From Camelus ferus (lineage: Eukaryota): a stretch of 64,000 bases of DNA. This document shows positions 63,206-64,000 of this stretch, piece after piece. Numbering within the stretch: the stretch's first letter is position 1; each line of letters starts with the position of its first letter. Under the pieces are notes generated by a model that was not told where the DNA came from, made no database searches, and worked only from the letters and a program-made list of their open reading frames with translations. The translations under genes were made by a program, and so were the position numbers. The stretch is from positions 4,836,001-4,900,000 of the forward strand of contig NC_045726.1 in assembly GCF_009834535.1 (NCBI RefSeq). Direction: 5' to 3'.

Positions 63206-63769
63206 GTGTACAAGCAGCTGCAGACCCCTGTCACAGCCACAAAAGTGTGGATTGTAAATGTGCACGTGTAAACATATTTGTAAAGCCGAACTCTGCTCAG
63301 TGCCAGTCAGGAGAGGGCTCTTCTGTCCCCTTACTTGTCCTTTGATTGACTCCACCTGTGGAGATGCCAGAGCCCACCCAGCTGGTGGGGAGTCCTTTTC
63401 CCACTGCAGGCTTTCGACATACAGGAGATTGGGGCTGGAAAAGGAGAAACTTCTTTGAATTCCAGAGCTTTTATTATCTCCCTGGGATGGACATACTAAT
63501 TGCTGGCTCTCTGGGGCTGTCTAAAGTGACAGAGGACGGGGGAGGAGAGCTGATGCTGCGGAACAGGCTCGTAGGGGCAGTAGGGAAGAATAGAGCTGCT
63601 TTTTCCCTGCGTCTTGAGTGTGCCACACTCGTAACAGACTGGCTCCAATCAGAAGGATGTCTGCCTGCCGTGTGGTAACAATTTTAGCATCCCCTTTATC
63701 GAAGCTTCGTTGGCGACGTGTGTGTTTATGTCAAGGATTGTTACGTCTTCCTCGAGAAGTGGCCCCGTT

Positions 63770-64000
63770 ATCAGTTATGTAACGTCTTTCTTTATCCCTG
63801 ATAATTTTCTTGTTCTGAATCGCCAGCTTAGTCAGAAATTAATGCAGCTACCCCTACTGTCTTCTGACTAGTGTTAGCCAGGCATTTCTTTTTCCATCCC
63901 TTTACTTTCAACCTGAGTCTTCATATTTAAGGTGAGTTTCTTATTGACAACATAGAGCTGGTTCTTGCTTTTTTTTTTTTAAATCACATTTTATTTTCTC
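63770..64000 (-). mobile_element. Old L1 ORF2 5' (endonuclease) fragment, truncated by the window end
   Basis: cttagtcagaaattaatgcagctacccc...tttttccatccctttactttcaacct...taaggtgagtttcttattgacaacataga. Confidence 0.8.

Noticed and set aside
274-63678. The six-frame ORF track as protein-coding genes
   Set aside because: ORFs are short (60-167 aa), often overlap on both strands, mostly begin at non-ATG codons or within repeats, and show no domain I recognise apart from L1 remnants. This is the expected background for mammalian non-coding DNA.
1-64000. CRISPR arrays, rRNA, snRNA, processed pseudogenes or prokaryotic systems
   Set aside because: No regularly spaced direct repeats, RNA-gene similarity, intronless retrocopy or operon-like gene density; the window is mammalian repeat-rich non-coding DNA.
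1-64000. Naming a host gene
   Set aside because: No exon matched a protein I could recall; assigning a symbol would be guesswork without BLAT or BLAST.

Overview
Mammalian genomic DNA from a draft short-read assembly, with five internal N-gaps of 132-147 nt. It is most likely camelid (camel/alpaca/llama): it carries two Vic-1-type tRNA-derived SINEs and many camelid-type L1 3' ends, and I saw no BovB/Bov-tA, PRE1 or Alu. It reads as a large intron or intergenic region. I could not recognise any protein-coding exon of a known gene, so no gene symbol is given. The supplied ORFs are almost all chance ORFs; only degraded L1 ORF1/ORF2 remnants have real homology. Supported content is mostly transposon fossils (L1 of several ages, L2, MIR, MLT1/MLT2, an ERV1-like solo LTR with a 4-bp TSD, MER5A/MER58/MER94/Tigger, Vic-1), microsatellites and small CpG-rich patches. 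Items worth follow-up: a strong CTCF motif, CpG-island-like L2 fossils, a possible internal CpG promoter with exon candidates on both strands, several exon and microexon candidates, a probable 5'-inverted L1, a short L1 3' transduction, a tail-to-tail L1 inverted repeat and two adjacent perfect palindromes. I found no convincing new biological system. Repeat subfamily names come from recalled consensus similarity, not a database search, and most repeat boundaries are approximate.
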